Counted from the first letter of the stretch, positions 10,188 through 20,266 are shown. The stretch is DNA of 64,000 nt from Pirellulales bacterium (GCA_028066245.1 JALCBR010000007.1:6748-70747); one strand, 5' to 3'. The notes: a model not told the origin generated them from the sequence alone. Translations and numbers: made by a program.

Positions 10188-11147
10188 TCAGTGAACATCA
10201 GAAGCCGCATTTGCGAGCCTAGCGCGCATCAAGTCGAGCAGTTCCGCAATTTCTTCATGCACTTCCTCCGCCTGCGAGACCACCAGCTTGCCGGCAAAGA
10301 TGTTGAGCGTTCCATTCCCCGTACCATCATCCAGCCAACCGTTGCCATCCTTGGTCCCTGTAACAGAGGTGATCATATCGATGAAGCGGTCCTGTGGACC
10401 GTCATCGGAAGAGGTATGACCAATAAGAAGTTCATTGGGAAAATCAAACTGACACATCCCTCCGCTCGATTGCGCGATGAACACATCATTTGCGCCATTC
10501 ACGTCGTCACTATCACCAGCTTTTTCCTCCGTGGTTTTTACCGGCTTGGGCGGCATAATCGTCCGCAGGAACACCGCATCGGCTCGCAGTAAGCCTTCGC
10601 ATTCGTAGACTTCCGTATAGTGCTGCACCTCAACCTTTTCCCGTGACGTGAGAACAAGCAGACTTCCGTCGATGTAGTAGCCCATTTCCAATTGCGGCAG
10701 CATAGTCCGTAAAGCGAGGTCCAGCGGAATGTTATGGTAGGACGCTGTGAACGCTGCTGTTTCGGGATTAATGCCGACCAATTGCAATTCGAGTTTGTCG
10801 ATCATGACCGGGCAATGCAAAGATTCCTCAAGGAACTCGGCCAGGCTTTGTACTGGCACATCTTTGAAATTGAATTCAATATGTTGCCGCAGCAACTTTC
10901 TCACTGCTTGGCTGGCTTCGCGTTGCGACTGCTTAGGCGTGCCGGGAAGAATGTCAATGAAATTGTCGGAGCGATTGGGGGTTCTTTCGCCAACACGGCG
11001 CAGACCGACGGGGCTTTCCCCCGCAGCTTGCTTTTCCTGCTGACCTCGCTCGGCCGTGCCCGTGGCCCATGCGGCGCTAACCACACAGATTGCCACGGCA
11101 ATGGTCAACATGTACCTAGCACGCAATACGATTTGGCAGTGCGACAT
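10188..11147 (-). CDS. secreted hypothetical protein, tandem paralog B
   Basis: The ORF is open to 11186. The ATG at 11147 is preceded by AAGGGGAG and starts a signal peptide (RYMLTIAVAICVVSAAWA). It shares blocks with paralog A: VYEC..LLR.D and GW.D.GTGNG.L.IFAG.L..SQ...HEEI..LL. Confidence 0.7.
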   Translation of the reverse strand: MSHCQIVLRARYMLTIAVAICVVSAAWATGTAERGQQEKQAAGESPVGLRRVGERTPNRSDNFIDILPGTPKQSQREASQAVRKLLRQHIEFNFKDVPVQSLAEFLEESLHCPVMIDKLELQLVGINPETAAFTASYHNIPLDLALRTMLPQLEMGYYIDGSLLVLTSREKVEVQHYTEVYECEGLLRADAVFLRTIMPPKPVKTTEEKAGDSDDVNGANDVFIAQSSGGMCQFDFPNELLIGHTSSDDGPQDRFIDMITSVTGTKDGNGWLDDGTGNGTLNIFAGKLVVSQAEEVHEEIAELLDLMRARLANAASDVH

Positions 11148-11380
11148 GGGCTCCCCTTGTGATTGGCCAATTAACGGAATCGTCAATTGAAAATAATTCG
11201 CTTAACGCCCAGCGTGAGCTACGGCGGCGCGAATGTCCAATAAGTCCCGCGGATTCAGGGATCGCAGCATGGAGGAGAGCGAAGGCAAGCTTCAGCTATG
11301 TGCCCAGCTTCTCGCGGACGTCCGTTAGCGCAAACCCCAGGAGGTTTTCCCCTCGCCCGCGTTTTCTTAGGAGAGGCTCG

Positions 11381-11665
11381 CTACCACGTGGGCTCCGCGC
11401 CGGGCTTGGTGATCCGCGAATCAAAGACCGCGGCCATTGTCATCACGGCCAAAGCGACTCCGTGAAAGATGCCAACGGTCGAGCCCCACCAGAACGCACA
11501 GATGGCGCAACTCCCCGAAGCGAGATACATTGCGAAAAACAAGCGTTGCAGCAGACGGTGAACCTGGGTTCGTTCAGCAAAACGGACCACCAGCGCGAGC
11601 GTCACGCCGGCTGCCTGAAGCGCAAAGAGCGTCCAAAAAACGCCGGGAAGCGGCATGGAAAGCAT
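11381..11665 (-). CDS. small membrane protein (hypothetical)
   Basis: 94-aa ORF with three hydrophobic helices (VFWTLFALQAAGVTLALVV, FFAMYLASGSCAICAFWW, IFHGVALAVMTMAAVF). The competing plus-strand ORF at 11159-11782 is Arg-rich and looks like antisense noise. Confidence 0.4.
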   Translation of the reverse strand: MLSMPLPGVFWTLFALQAAGVTLALVVRFAERTQVHRLLQRLFFAMYLASGSCAICAFWWGSTVGIFHGVALAVMTMAAVFDSRITKPGAEPTW

Positions 11666-12185
11666 CAGTTGGAATCCCTCCCTGGAAGCCGTCGCATCCT
11701 TGCGCGGCCGATACTGGATCAGCGCCGTGCGGGTTGGTGGCGCAACGCGGTGTTGCCATGCGATCCGCGTGCCAAAATCTAGGCCGGATCGCCAATTCGC
11801 GTCAAGACGAAGGAAACCACCAATGCTGGCACGCTGCTATGGTGTAACCAGTCCTGGTGAAAATCTACAAAGCAAGCCCAATCCGCTTCAATTCTGCAAC
11901 GATCAGAGAAAACTTGATCGCCCAACAGCATAGATGGGTTCGGTGACAGAGATTCCAGTCCATCAACACTTGGCCAACACATTTTCCACAGCAACGGCTG
12001 CGGTCGCCACACTTCCAAAGCGAGCTTTCACCCGGCAGCAACGCAGTTCTACGTTCGTTGTATCGCGGTTCTTTCTCCGTTCCGAGTTTTCAAATTCCGC
12101 GCCAATCACCCGCCTGAGACAATCGGCTACCTAGCGGAGATTGAGATCGACATTCAAGACGGACCTGTGACAAAGGAGGACGGAG

Positions 12186-13004
12186 ATGAGTGCGACAGAT
12201 CAGGCAACCAGCACAAGCCCTGTGGAACAAGGGAGCTTGGACGAGACCAGTTCGGCCTTTGAACAACGTTGGTCACACCTGATCAGCGTGACGAACTGGG
12301 AAAAGGGCAAGATCATCCACCAATGGCGACAGGCGTTGGTCGATGCCGGCGCCAATGCCACGGAGTATTCGGACGATGCCTGGAGCCGCCGCGTTGGGGG
12401 CGTCAGCGGGCAGCACACCGGACGGCTTCGCCGCGTTCACGAACGGTTCCATGCGTTGCGAGAGACGTTTCCCGGCTTGTATTGGAGCCACTTTAATGCG
12501 GCGACGGATTGGAACGATGCCGAGATGTGGCTGGAGGGCGCGGTGCAGAACAAGTGGTCCGTGCAGGCGATGCGCAAGCAACGCCTGGAAGCCACCGGCG
12601 GAAGGCCTGAAGAGATGGCCGCTGAGGAGCCGGCAGCAGAGTACGACGAGGACGCGTCAACCGGAGAAAGCACATCTCCCACCGCCGCGGCGGAGTTCTT
12701 GAACGAGATCATCGGCCCCAATCTTGACGAGGGCCCTGACTTTGGTGACGAACCCCCGTCACACACTGACGCGGAACGGAATACGTCCGCAGCCGAGATG
12801 GAAATCGCAGCGCAGATGGGCGACGTTTCCACACCTGCTCCGTTTGAAGATATGCCGGAACTCCCCATGGACATGGCGGAAGCCTTCGAGAACCTCAAGC
12901 TCTCGATTCTCCGCCACAAGTCCAAGGATTGGCGAGACGTGCCACTGGACGCCGTACTCTATATCGTGAATGGCCTCAAGCAGCTGGCGATATCGCCCAT
13001 GTAG
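12186..13004 (+). CDS. hypothetical protein with an acidic C-terminal half
   Basis: 272-aa ORF. AAGGAGGACGGAG lies immediately upstream of the ATG. The N-terminal half is globular (WSHLISVTNWEKGKIIHQWRQAL..YWSHFNAATDWNDAEMWLEGA) and the tail is D/E/P-rich. Confidence 0.6.
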   Translation: MSATDQATSTSPVEQGSLDETSSAFEQRWSHLISVTNWEKGKIIHQWRQALVDAGANATEYSDDAWSRRVGGVSGQHTGRLRRVHERFHALRETFPGLYWSHFNAATDWNDAEMWLEGAVQNKWSVQAMRKQRLEATGGRPEEMAAEEPAAEYDEDASTGESTSPTAAAEFLNEIIGPNLDEGPDFGDEPPSHTDAERNTSAAEMEIAAQMGDVSTPAPFEDMPELPMDMAEAFENLKLSILRHKSKDWRDVPLDAVLYIVNGLKQLAISPM

Positions 13005-13250
13005 CGCGCACGGTTTATTCAGCTTATTCAGTCGAGTTGGACTCGCCTGTCCGGGCGATTGCTTGTGAACACAGCACCCTGCGGTATTCCATGCGCCCTG
13101 GCCAGCCAAGCCACTGATCTTCTATTCTGTGATCTATCGTCCTCCGTCACACGTACTTGGCGTGGCAGTGGCCGTGTTGACCACAATGACGAAGTGAGGC
13201 TCCTTGCCGTGACTCCTCCTCGCGAAACTGCCGGCGAAACCGAACCAACC

Positions 13251-13928
13251 ATGAGCGTCATTCTCTTCGATATCGATGGCACACTCCTTTCCAGTGGCGG
13301 TGCTGGGCGGTTGGCTATGCAAAATGCGCTTGCGGAAGAGTTCCAACGAAGCGAAGAGATTCCCCCCGGCATGATGGCCGGACGGACAGACCGTGGAATC
13401 ATTCAAATGCTCTTTGAACTGCACGGTCTGGAAGAATCAGAAGAGAATATCGCCTGGTTTGTTTTGCGATACCTGTCACTCCTTACGCAAGCCATGCACC
13501 TGCGGGCAGGTGGGATTTTGCCGGGCGTGGAGGAATTGCTGGCGGCACTTCAAGAGACGGGTTCGCATATCGGACTGTTGACAGGCAACATGGCGCGAGG
13601 AGCCCAGATTAAACTTGACCACCATGGTCTCGCAGAGCACTTTCCGTTTGGAGCCTTTGGTGATGCGCGGCTCACTCGTGACGAGTTGGCGCAGGACGCA
13701 TTTGATACGGTGCGAGAGCACATCGGCGCGGAGATTCAGGCGGAAGAGATTTGGATCATAGGTGACACCCCACGAGACATTTCCTGCGCGCGAGCAATTG
13801 GCGCGCGCGTCCTGGCAGTCGCTACCGGTGTGAACGACCTCGACGATCTGAGTGAACACGGTCCAGATTTGTTGCTGGATGACTTGAGTGATACCGCGGC
13901 CGTACGATCGAAGTTGGGCGTGTCATGA
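13251..13928 (+). CDS. HAD-superfamily hydrolase (phosphoglycolate-phosphatase-like)
   Basis: The ATG at 13251 gives 225 aa. HAD motif I is ILFDIDGTLL, and motifs III/IV are LTGN...K and IIGDTPRDI. The ORF-track extension upstream to 13059 has no support. Confidence 0.8.
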   Translation: MSVILFDIDGTLLSSGGAGRLAMQNALAEEFQRSEEIPPGMMAGRTDRGIIQMLFELHGLEESEENIAWFVLRYLSLLTQAMHLRAGGILPGVEELLAALQETGSHIGLLTGNMARGAQIKLDHHGLAEHFPFGAFGDARLTRDELAQDAFDTVREHIGAEIQAEEIWIIGDTPRDISCARAIGARVLAVATGVNDLDDLSEHGPDLLLDDLSDTAAVRSKLGVS

Positions 13929-14052
13929 TGGCGAACGTCGGCTAAGACTCGATCGCCTTTCCAGCTTGCATGTGCGGAGTTTCAACAGGCCGCTAGGACA
14001 GGATTCCGCCGAGCCGACTGCAAGAAGGCTCCAAAAACCGATAACACCGCCC

Positions 14053-14080
14053 TCGACGTCGCCGCGCATTCGGCTAAAAT
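14053..14080 (+). promoter_or_regulatory. candidate sigma70-type promoter for tRNA-Met
   Basis: TCGACG-N16-TAAAAT, with the -10 element at 14075-14080. The predicted transcription start coincides with the tRNA 5' end. Confidence 0.3.
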
Positions 14081-14085
14081 GCGAG

Positions 14086-14159
<74 letters not shown>

Positions 14160-14313
14160 CTTTTCCTGGAGTTACGCTCCTTCTTGTCGGCATTCTCCGG
14201 CAGATCGCACCAGCCATAGCTCTGTTGACTTTGGAACGGAGCACGGCTGATCGGTGGCGACAGTGATTGCTCCGCCATGCTGGCGGTCGCTCCCTGGTCA
14301 ACCAAGATCGCAA

Positions 14314-14976
14314 TTACTTCCCGCCACTCGACTTTGTTTGTTGCTGGTAATCTTGGATTAGCGTCTTGATCTCCTTGAGCAGGTCTCCGCTGGCTTGAGA
14401 GGCCGCCCGTTGTAGATAGTATTTTGCCAGGCCAAGCTTGCCCTCCTTCCGTTTTTCTTCCGCTTTGGCGACGAACTGCGCTGCCTCCGCGTTTCGGCCC
14501 GCTTGCTTAGCCTCCCTAGCACGGCGAATGCTATTCACATGCATTGAACCGTAGTTGGACGCCGCCGAACGGTCGTCCGATTCGCCTGCAAGTTGCTGGG
14601 CGAATTCGCTCCGGTCCGCCATCCCTCGCCTGTCAGGCTGTGGCTGGACAATCGTGCCCTGACCCAGCAACATCTCATCCATCCAACGCATATGATGAAT
14701 TTGAACCGCAACGCTGACACCAGCAGCATTGTGGAACCTTCCCAGGCTACGATTCGGTGCCAATGAGTGACCAAAACTAGGTCGGGCTGAGCCAGCTCGC
14801 CCCAGGCCACCCATGTAGCCACGGCCGCTGTCAGGCGCGAGCACGGTTGTGCTCACGGAGAAAGATGAGAAAGTGGGAAGCTGAACGGTTGTTGCTTGCT
14901 GCTGCGCGTGAACTGGCTGCGGCATGCTCGTCAGCAAAGTGCTTCCGGTGATCAGCATCGCGAACGTTCGATTCAC
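14314..14976 (-). CDS. secreted hypothetical protein
   Basis: 220-aa ORF with an N-terminal signal peptide ending in PVHAQQQ. The C-terminal region is helical and K/A/E-rich. Confidence 0.6.
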   Translation of the reverse strand: MNRTFAMLITGSTLLTSMPQPVHAQQQATTVQLPTFSSFSVSTTVLAPDSGRGYMGGLGRAGSARPSFGHSLAPNRSLGRFHNAAGVSVAVQIHHMRWMDEMLLGQGTIVQPQPDRRGMADRSEFAQQLAGESDDRSAASNYGSMHVNSIRRAREAKQAGRNAEAAQFVAKAEEKRKEGKLGLAKYYLQRAASQASGDLLKEIKTLIQDYQQQTKSSGGK

Positions 14977-15240
14977 TTCGCCCTCCGAGGCACGCTGGTT
15001 GATTCAACGCCAGTCAATTTTGTTTGGAGTGGAAGACTCTGATCTCTATAAGCACCCCAGTCGGGCTACGTAGCAAGAAAGTGGTCACTCGCGAGTCAGC
15101 GTTCCATGTCCTTGCAGTTTAGCGAATTCAACTCACCTAAGGCAACGAAGTCTGTCTCAGCGAGAGCCCGGCGTTGACAACCGGCATCGCCGAATGCGCA
15201 TGTTGGCCCTCAAGTAGCAGTTCTCATAGCTGGTGCACCC

Positions 15241-16128
15241 ATGTCCGAATCGGTCTGCGGCTTCCTCAACTTGAACAAGCCAGAGGGCTGGACATCGCGC
15301 GATGCAGTGAACGTTGTGCAACGACTCGTTCGTCCTGCCAAAGCAGGGCATGCCGGTACGTTGGATCCGCTGGCGACTGGGGTATTGGTGGTCGCCATTG
15401 GCCGTGCCACGCGGTTGATTGAGTATGCCCAGCGAGGCGTCAAACGATACCGTGGGGAGTTCCTCTTGGGACGCACAAGCAATACGGAAGACATCGAAGG
15501 TGACATTGTTGAATTGGACAACCCGCCGCGTCCAACTCAAACAGAGATCGCATCGGCCGCGGAGAACTTTCAGGGAACGATCCAGCAGCGTCCGCCAGCG
15601 TTCTCAGCACTCAAAGTCAGCGGCAAGCGGGCCTACCAATTGGCACGCTCCGGTAAGCCCGTTGAACTTGAAGCACGGACTGTGCAGATCTACGAACTCA
15701 CACTGCTAACTCTCGAATACCCCAAAATGGTACTGGAGATCGTCTGCGGTAGCGGCACGTATGTGCGCTCCTTGGGGCGAGACCTGGCTGCTTCACTGGG
15801 AACGGGCGCAGTGATGTCGAGTTTGACGAGACTGGCCGTAGGCCCGTTTAAATTGAAAGACGCCTTCGAGCCCGCCACGCTTTCAGAGAAGACGTGGCCG
15901 GACAAATTGTACGCGGTAGATTTTGTGCTAGCTGACTTGCCCCGACTCACTTTTGACGAAACTGAAGTCCGCCGCCTCGGTCACGGGCAGCCTGTCGCCG
16001 TGAATGATGGTTCTACTGACAGGCAAGAGTTCGCCGCGTTTGACGTGACTGGTCGATTCTTGGCTGTCGTTCAAGCCGTGCGGGGCCGGTGGAAGATCGT
16101 CCGGAATGTCAGCCTTGGATCAAGTTGA
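15241..16128 (+). CDS. truB: tRNA pseudouridine(55) synthase
   Basis: TruB motifs are present: GFLNLNKPEGWTS, the catalytic GHAGTLDPLATGVL, and QRPPAFSALKV.G.RAY.LAR. Confidence 0.9.
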   Translation: MSESVCGFLNLNKPEGWTSRDAVNVVQRLVRPAKAGHAGTLDPLATGVLVVAIGRATRLIEYAQRGVKRYRGEFLLGRTSNTEDIEGDIVELDNPPRPTQTEIASAAENFQGTIQQRPPAFSALKVSGKRAYQLARSGKPVELEARTVQIYELTLLTLEYPKMVLEIVCGSGTYVRSLGRDLAASLGTGAVMSSLTRLAVGPFKLKDAFEPATLSEKTWPDKLYAVDFVLADLPRLTFDETEVRRLGHGQPVAVNDGSTDRQEFAAFDVTGRFLAVVQAVRGRWKIVRNVSLGSS

Positions 16129-16620
16129 TCTCGCGCACGGCTCCTGGCCGCCGCGTACTGCCATTGGCAAACCACACCACAGGTTACAGCCAACGAAAAA
16201 GGTTGGAGCACATTTGCTTGCGTTCCCCGAAGGGAATCGCGAAACGGCATGTGTCCCAACCAGATTCGCACCCTGCTGGTCTGATTTCCGTCGCCCTTAG
16301 CAAGAACCGGGTGAGTTACGCTGTCGAATCATGCTTTTTGCCGGTGGCCCTGTTTCGCGAACTCGCGCGTCAAAACGGCTTGCCGACCGAATTGAAGGAC
16401 CGTCAAACAATCTCCATGAATGCAGGCGCGGCGGAACGGACCGAGCATTGTTCGTTTTCCAGCTGCGCAAGTCACTAATTGACAGATGTTTACGCAGGCT
16501 GATCTCGATGGCAGGGCCACCGCTGACTATTGATCGATAACCAAGAGTACGCTTGGCCGTCTTGAGAAGTTCAGCGGGATGTTTGCTCAAACCGTTTTTG
16601 ACGGTTCCCGTTTCCGCTGG

Positions 16621-17829
16621 TCATTGATAGACCGTCATACTGACGGGGACTTGGAGCGTCTTGAGTTGGGGATGATCCGTGGTGAATTTCAGCATGCCGA
16701 ATTCCCCATTGGCAATCGGGCCCGTGAACTCAACTGGAGGCGCGTTGACTGGCACCTGAACTGTAATTTTGTAGCTGACAGCCTGACCGTCAGAGCTTGA
16801 GGTAGGCGAACCAACCTCCACCTCCAGAAAGCCTGGATTTGCGCTTTCAAACTGGAGGTTGATGGAGTTGCGATGCTCGCCGGTAAAGTAGAGTATCATC
16901 TCCCTTTCGCTACCATCACGAGCAAACACACGTCCAAACGCCATGGCCTGCAACTGCCGGTTCCAAGCACTTCCGCCCATGGACACGTCTGATTTGATGT
17001 TGCCAACAACTGTGACCGAGAGCGGAGACAACGGTGCAAGCATGGGGAAGGAAATTTCTTGAGAGACTTTTCCCATCGGCAAGCCTGGCTTGACTGTGAT
17101 CGAAACGTCATATCCTGCCTTGGGCGTTAGGCCTGACTCAGGACGCAAAGCCAATTCTTCCGCTGAGAGAGGGCTCAAAACGACTTCAAAGAACCTGGAT
17201 GTTTCGGGTTCCGTGAAGATCGGGGCAGGCATGGTCAACTTGTCGGTGTGATATGCATAGATCTGCGTACTCAACGACTGCTGAACATCTGAGTCATTGC
17301 TTTTCAAATCGATCTTGTCCGAGGCAACGCTTGGGCCAGGAACGCGCATCGCCGACACGCTTAGTAGCGTGCGTTTCGCCTTTGGATCATTGGAAGACAA
17401 CGTGATCATGCGAGAAAATGGTCCGGTCATAGGCACGGGCCCTGTTGTTTCCGGAGGTTCCCACGAAAAGCGTAGTGTTGTCGATTCCCCCGGTGAGAGA
17501 TCGTTCTTAGCCAGTTTGAATTCGTATCTCCTTTGCGCGATTCCATCAGCCTTGAGATGCAGAGGGGCTTGGCCGGAATTCGTGATCCGGAAGTTGTGGG
17601 AGATTGTTTCGCTTAGGACGACAAGGCCCGCGTCAAAAGCCATCTCATCGATCACAAGCCTGGGGTGCACATCGCCCGAGCTTGGCTCAAGCCATGGATC
17701 AACTTCGGCTGCGGATAACGGCGCAAGGACATCAAACCCCGATGCCTTTCCATGTAGGTAGACGGTCAACCCATATCCAAAGCCGCATCCCAGGGCGATC
17801 GCGAACACGGCAACAATGGCTGATTTCAT
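16621..17829 (-). CDS. DUF1573-like membrane-anchored or secreted protein
   Basis: The ATG at 17829 starts a signal/anchor sequence (MKSAIVAVFAIALGCGFGY). The block FDAGLVVLSETISHNFRITNSGQAPLHL matches the DUF1573 pattern common in Planctomycetes. The ORF is open to 17991. Confidence 0.7.
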   Translation of the reverse strand: MKSAIVAVFAIALGCGFGYGLTVYLHGKASGFDVLAPLSAAEVDPWLEPSSGDVHPRLVIDEMAFDAGLVVLSETISHNFRITNSGQAPLHLKADGIAQRRYEFKLAKNDLSPGESTTLRFSWEPPETTGPVPMTGPFSRMITLSSNDPKAKRTLLSVSAMRVPGPSVASDKIDLKSNDSDVQQSLSTQIYAYHTDKLTMPAPIFTEPETSRFFEVVLSPLSAEELALRPESGLTPKAGYDVSITVKPGLPMGKVSQEISFPMLAPLSPLSVTVVGNIKSDVSMGGSAWNRQLQAMAFGRVFARDGSEREMILYFTGEHRNSINLQFESANPGFLEVEVGSPTSSSDGQAVSYKITVQVPVNAPPVEFTGPIANGEFGMLKFTTDHPQLKTLQVPVSMTVYQ

Positions 17830-18294
17830 AGTGGCGGCGAGTAAGCTTAAAGGCGTGGTTCTTGGGCCCAAAATTCGGTTGTTTGAGTTTGTCCGGCAGG
17901 GCGGGGCCAATGATCGATTGTTTGCAAATTTCGCTCCCAATCCAATGGTCGGGATCGGCAAACTGCAAATTTGCGAACAAAGATCTTCCATCGCTTACGC
18001 GGTGGTCAAAACGAAAGTTCAGGGTGACACTACTCACGTCCACGCATTGGCCGTCTTGAATGATGCCTGTTGGCAACGGGATGGTGTCGATTGGCAACGG
18101 TTGGCATCACCGTGAATTACCACATCTCAGTGAGTCTGAAGCGCCGTTAACTTTGGCTCGTTATGGGTTTAGACCCCGTGTCTAATTTCCAGCGTTCAAC
18201 TCACTGGAAGAAGTTGGCTCGCGGGTTGCATTCGGTGAGTGCGGACTGCTTGTTGTAAGTCCGCCGAATGCACTCGAACTCGCTGAGGCGTGAA

Positions 18295-18723
18295 ATGACG
18301 GCTATCTCGCCAGTTTCCTCCGCTGCGCTCCCTCCCGCACCTGCGATGAATTCCGCCAGTGGCGCGGAAGCTCCCCAGGCGCCCGCATCCGCAGAAACTC
18401 CCATGGAAATGGCCGGCGCGCCTGGCACAAACGGTTTCTCCGCTGAGGCGTCGGCTTTCGGAGGTCAAGCCGGCGGCGCCGCAGAACTCGCTTCCGCTTT
18501 GTTGCTGGCGCTGCTGTTTTCTGGAGAGGAAAGCGACAACAACAATTCATCGACCGCCAAGCTAATGCTTGGCTTGGCCGCTTTAGCGATGTTGGCTCCC
18601 CAACAGGGCGGTGCTTCCGCGTCGTTTCAGGCGTCCTTTGGTGACGCTGGAGCCGAACAATCTTACAGCCAGACCGCCGATATCGCCCCGACAACCGGCG
18701 CCAACATCGACGTCACAGCCTGA
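18295..18723 (+). CDS. Ala/Gly-rich hypothetical protein
   Basis: 142 aa from the ATG at 18295, with GAGG 7 nt upstream. The composition is low-complexity with two hydrophobic stretches, so coding status is uncertain. Confidence 0.35.
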   Translation: MTAISPVSSAALPPAPAMNSASGAEAPQAPASAETPMEMAGAPGTNGFSAEASAFGGQAGGAAELASALLLALLFSGEESDNNNSSTAKLMLGLAALAMLAPQQGGASASFQASFGDAGAEQSYSQTADIAPTTGANIDVTA

Positions 18724-18747
18724 AAATTCCCTGTCACCGGCCTCGCT

Positions 18748-19596
18748 CTACGTCGTTTGGTCCAGAGCAGTGGTGAGGAAAGACCTGGCTTCTCGCGCGG
18801 CGTCATCCGGGTTCTCAATGTAAGGATAGAGTTCCACGGTCAACCAACCGTCGTATCCGGTCTCTTGGATAGCGCGCAAGGTCGCAGGGAAATCGATCGC
18901 TCCCCGACCTGGAATCAAGTGCTCGTGCACGCGCGTCGCGGCGATGTCTTCCAGATGGTAGTGCCGCGTGTGACTGGCCATCTTGGCAACCCAGTCTTGT
19001 GGGTCTTCACCAACGCAGTACGCGTGGCCGATGTCAAAATTCAAGCCAATGGCGGGCGAATCGATTCGGCTCACGAACTCCAGGTATTGATCGAAGCGTT
19101 CGATCATCAACTCCGGCTCCGGTTCGATCAGCAATCCGATTTCGAGTTTCTCCGCAGTTTCCACGCACGGCATCAATTCCTCGTAAAAGATGTCCGCAGC
19201 TTCCTTCCATGACTGCCCTTCCGCCAGCGGTCCCCCCGGCTCAGTCGTAATGTGGGGGGCGCCAATATCGGCCGCCAGATGCAAGCATCGTTGGGTGTGT
19301 TCGCGGCGAATTGCCCTGTATTCCGGTGATTCAATCCAAGAAGGGTGCCAATAGGGCTGTCGCGGGTCCGCGATCGCATTCATCATGAATGCATTCACGT
19401 TGGAAATTGACAGCTTGCGGCTCTCCAAAGTCTCACGAATTGCCTGCTTCTGTTCATCAAGCAAACCGGCGGGCCAAGCGTGGGGTACGTCGGCCATGAT
19501 CTCAATGCCTGGGTATCCCAAATCAGCGATACGCTCGGCCGCCTGATGGAAGGAAAAGTGCAAATACGCGTTGGAGCTGAAAGCGAGCTTCATCAT
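18748..19596 (-). CDS. sugar phosphate isomerase/epimerase (xylose-isomerase-like TIM barrel)
   Basis: 282-aa ORF with the pattern GYPGIEI, LLIEPEPE, NFDIGHAY and HYHLEDI, typical of the AP-endonuclease-2/xylose isomerase-like TIM barrel family. Confidence 0.8.
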   Translation of the reverse strand: MMKLAFSSNAYLHFSFHQAAERIADLGYPGIEIMADVPHAWPAGLLDEQKQAIRETLESRKLSISNVNAFMMNAIADPRQPYWHPSWIESPEYRAIRREHTQRCLHLAADIGAPHITTEPGGPLAEGQSWKEAADIFYEELMPCVETAEKLEIGLLIEPEPELMIERFDQYLEFVSRIDSPAIGLNFDIGHAYCVGEDPQDWVAKMASHTRHYHLEDIAATRVHEHLIPGRGAIDFPATLRAIQETGYDGWLTVELYPYIENPDDAAREARSFLTTALDQTT

Positions 19597-20266
19597 CTTG
19601 GATTGACGTGCATGCCATGGGAATCATTGCCTCATTCTCCCCACAGTGTGCCATGTCATGGTGAGGAGAACCATCCACCAAGCGGAGAGCTGGTGAAGCC
19701 ATTCGGTCATGAGTCGACGGAAACTCCCCTACGATTGACTGGGACTCAACTCCCCAGTTCCGGACTAGTTTGACTGGGTGTTCAGATTTCCTCTTCTTGC
19801 GTCGGTCGCGCGACGATACGATTAGCTGGTTGGCCATCCGCTGCTTGCGATTAATTTTCAGCGAATTCCGATTCTCTGGCCGGGTGTTTCAAGGATTTCT
19901 CTCGTGGAAGCGACGTCATCAACGGCACGCACACAATGGGGTTCATTGTCGCGTTCCAAGCCATTGGCTCACCCACCTATCCGTACGGAGTTTGAGCAGT
20001 TTCGCCACCAGATGACGTCGTTTTTCGCCCCACAAAGCGTGGAAAGCTCGGTGATTGGCGATCCGGTAATTTCCAACTCCGTGCGGACGCCGAAGCTGAA
20101 GACCGTCTCCAGCGATTCCCCCGCAGGGATGCCAGCTTAGCCCGGCGAGAACGCACTCTCTCTGGTGCGGTTCAAATTCCCACTGGCGGGACCCGGAACG
20201 GCTTGCCATTCCTGCAACGCAGGCTTCGCGGCTCGCGCAATCGCATTGCTAGCCCCGCCGAAGGTT

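Noticed and set aside
11159-11782. 207-aa plus-strand ORF spanning the paralog B / small membrane protein spacer.
   Set aside because: It is extremely Arg-rich and low-complexity, overlaps the start of the paralog B gene, and runs antisense to a plausible three-TM ORF.
20161-20195. A tRNA T-arm-like string GGTTCAAATTCC downstream of dnaA.
   Set aside because: The flanking bases do not form a T-stem (C:C mismatch). No acceptor, D or anticodon arms can be drawn, so it is not a tRNA or a tmRNA end.
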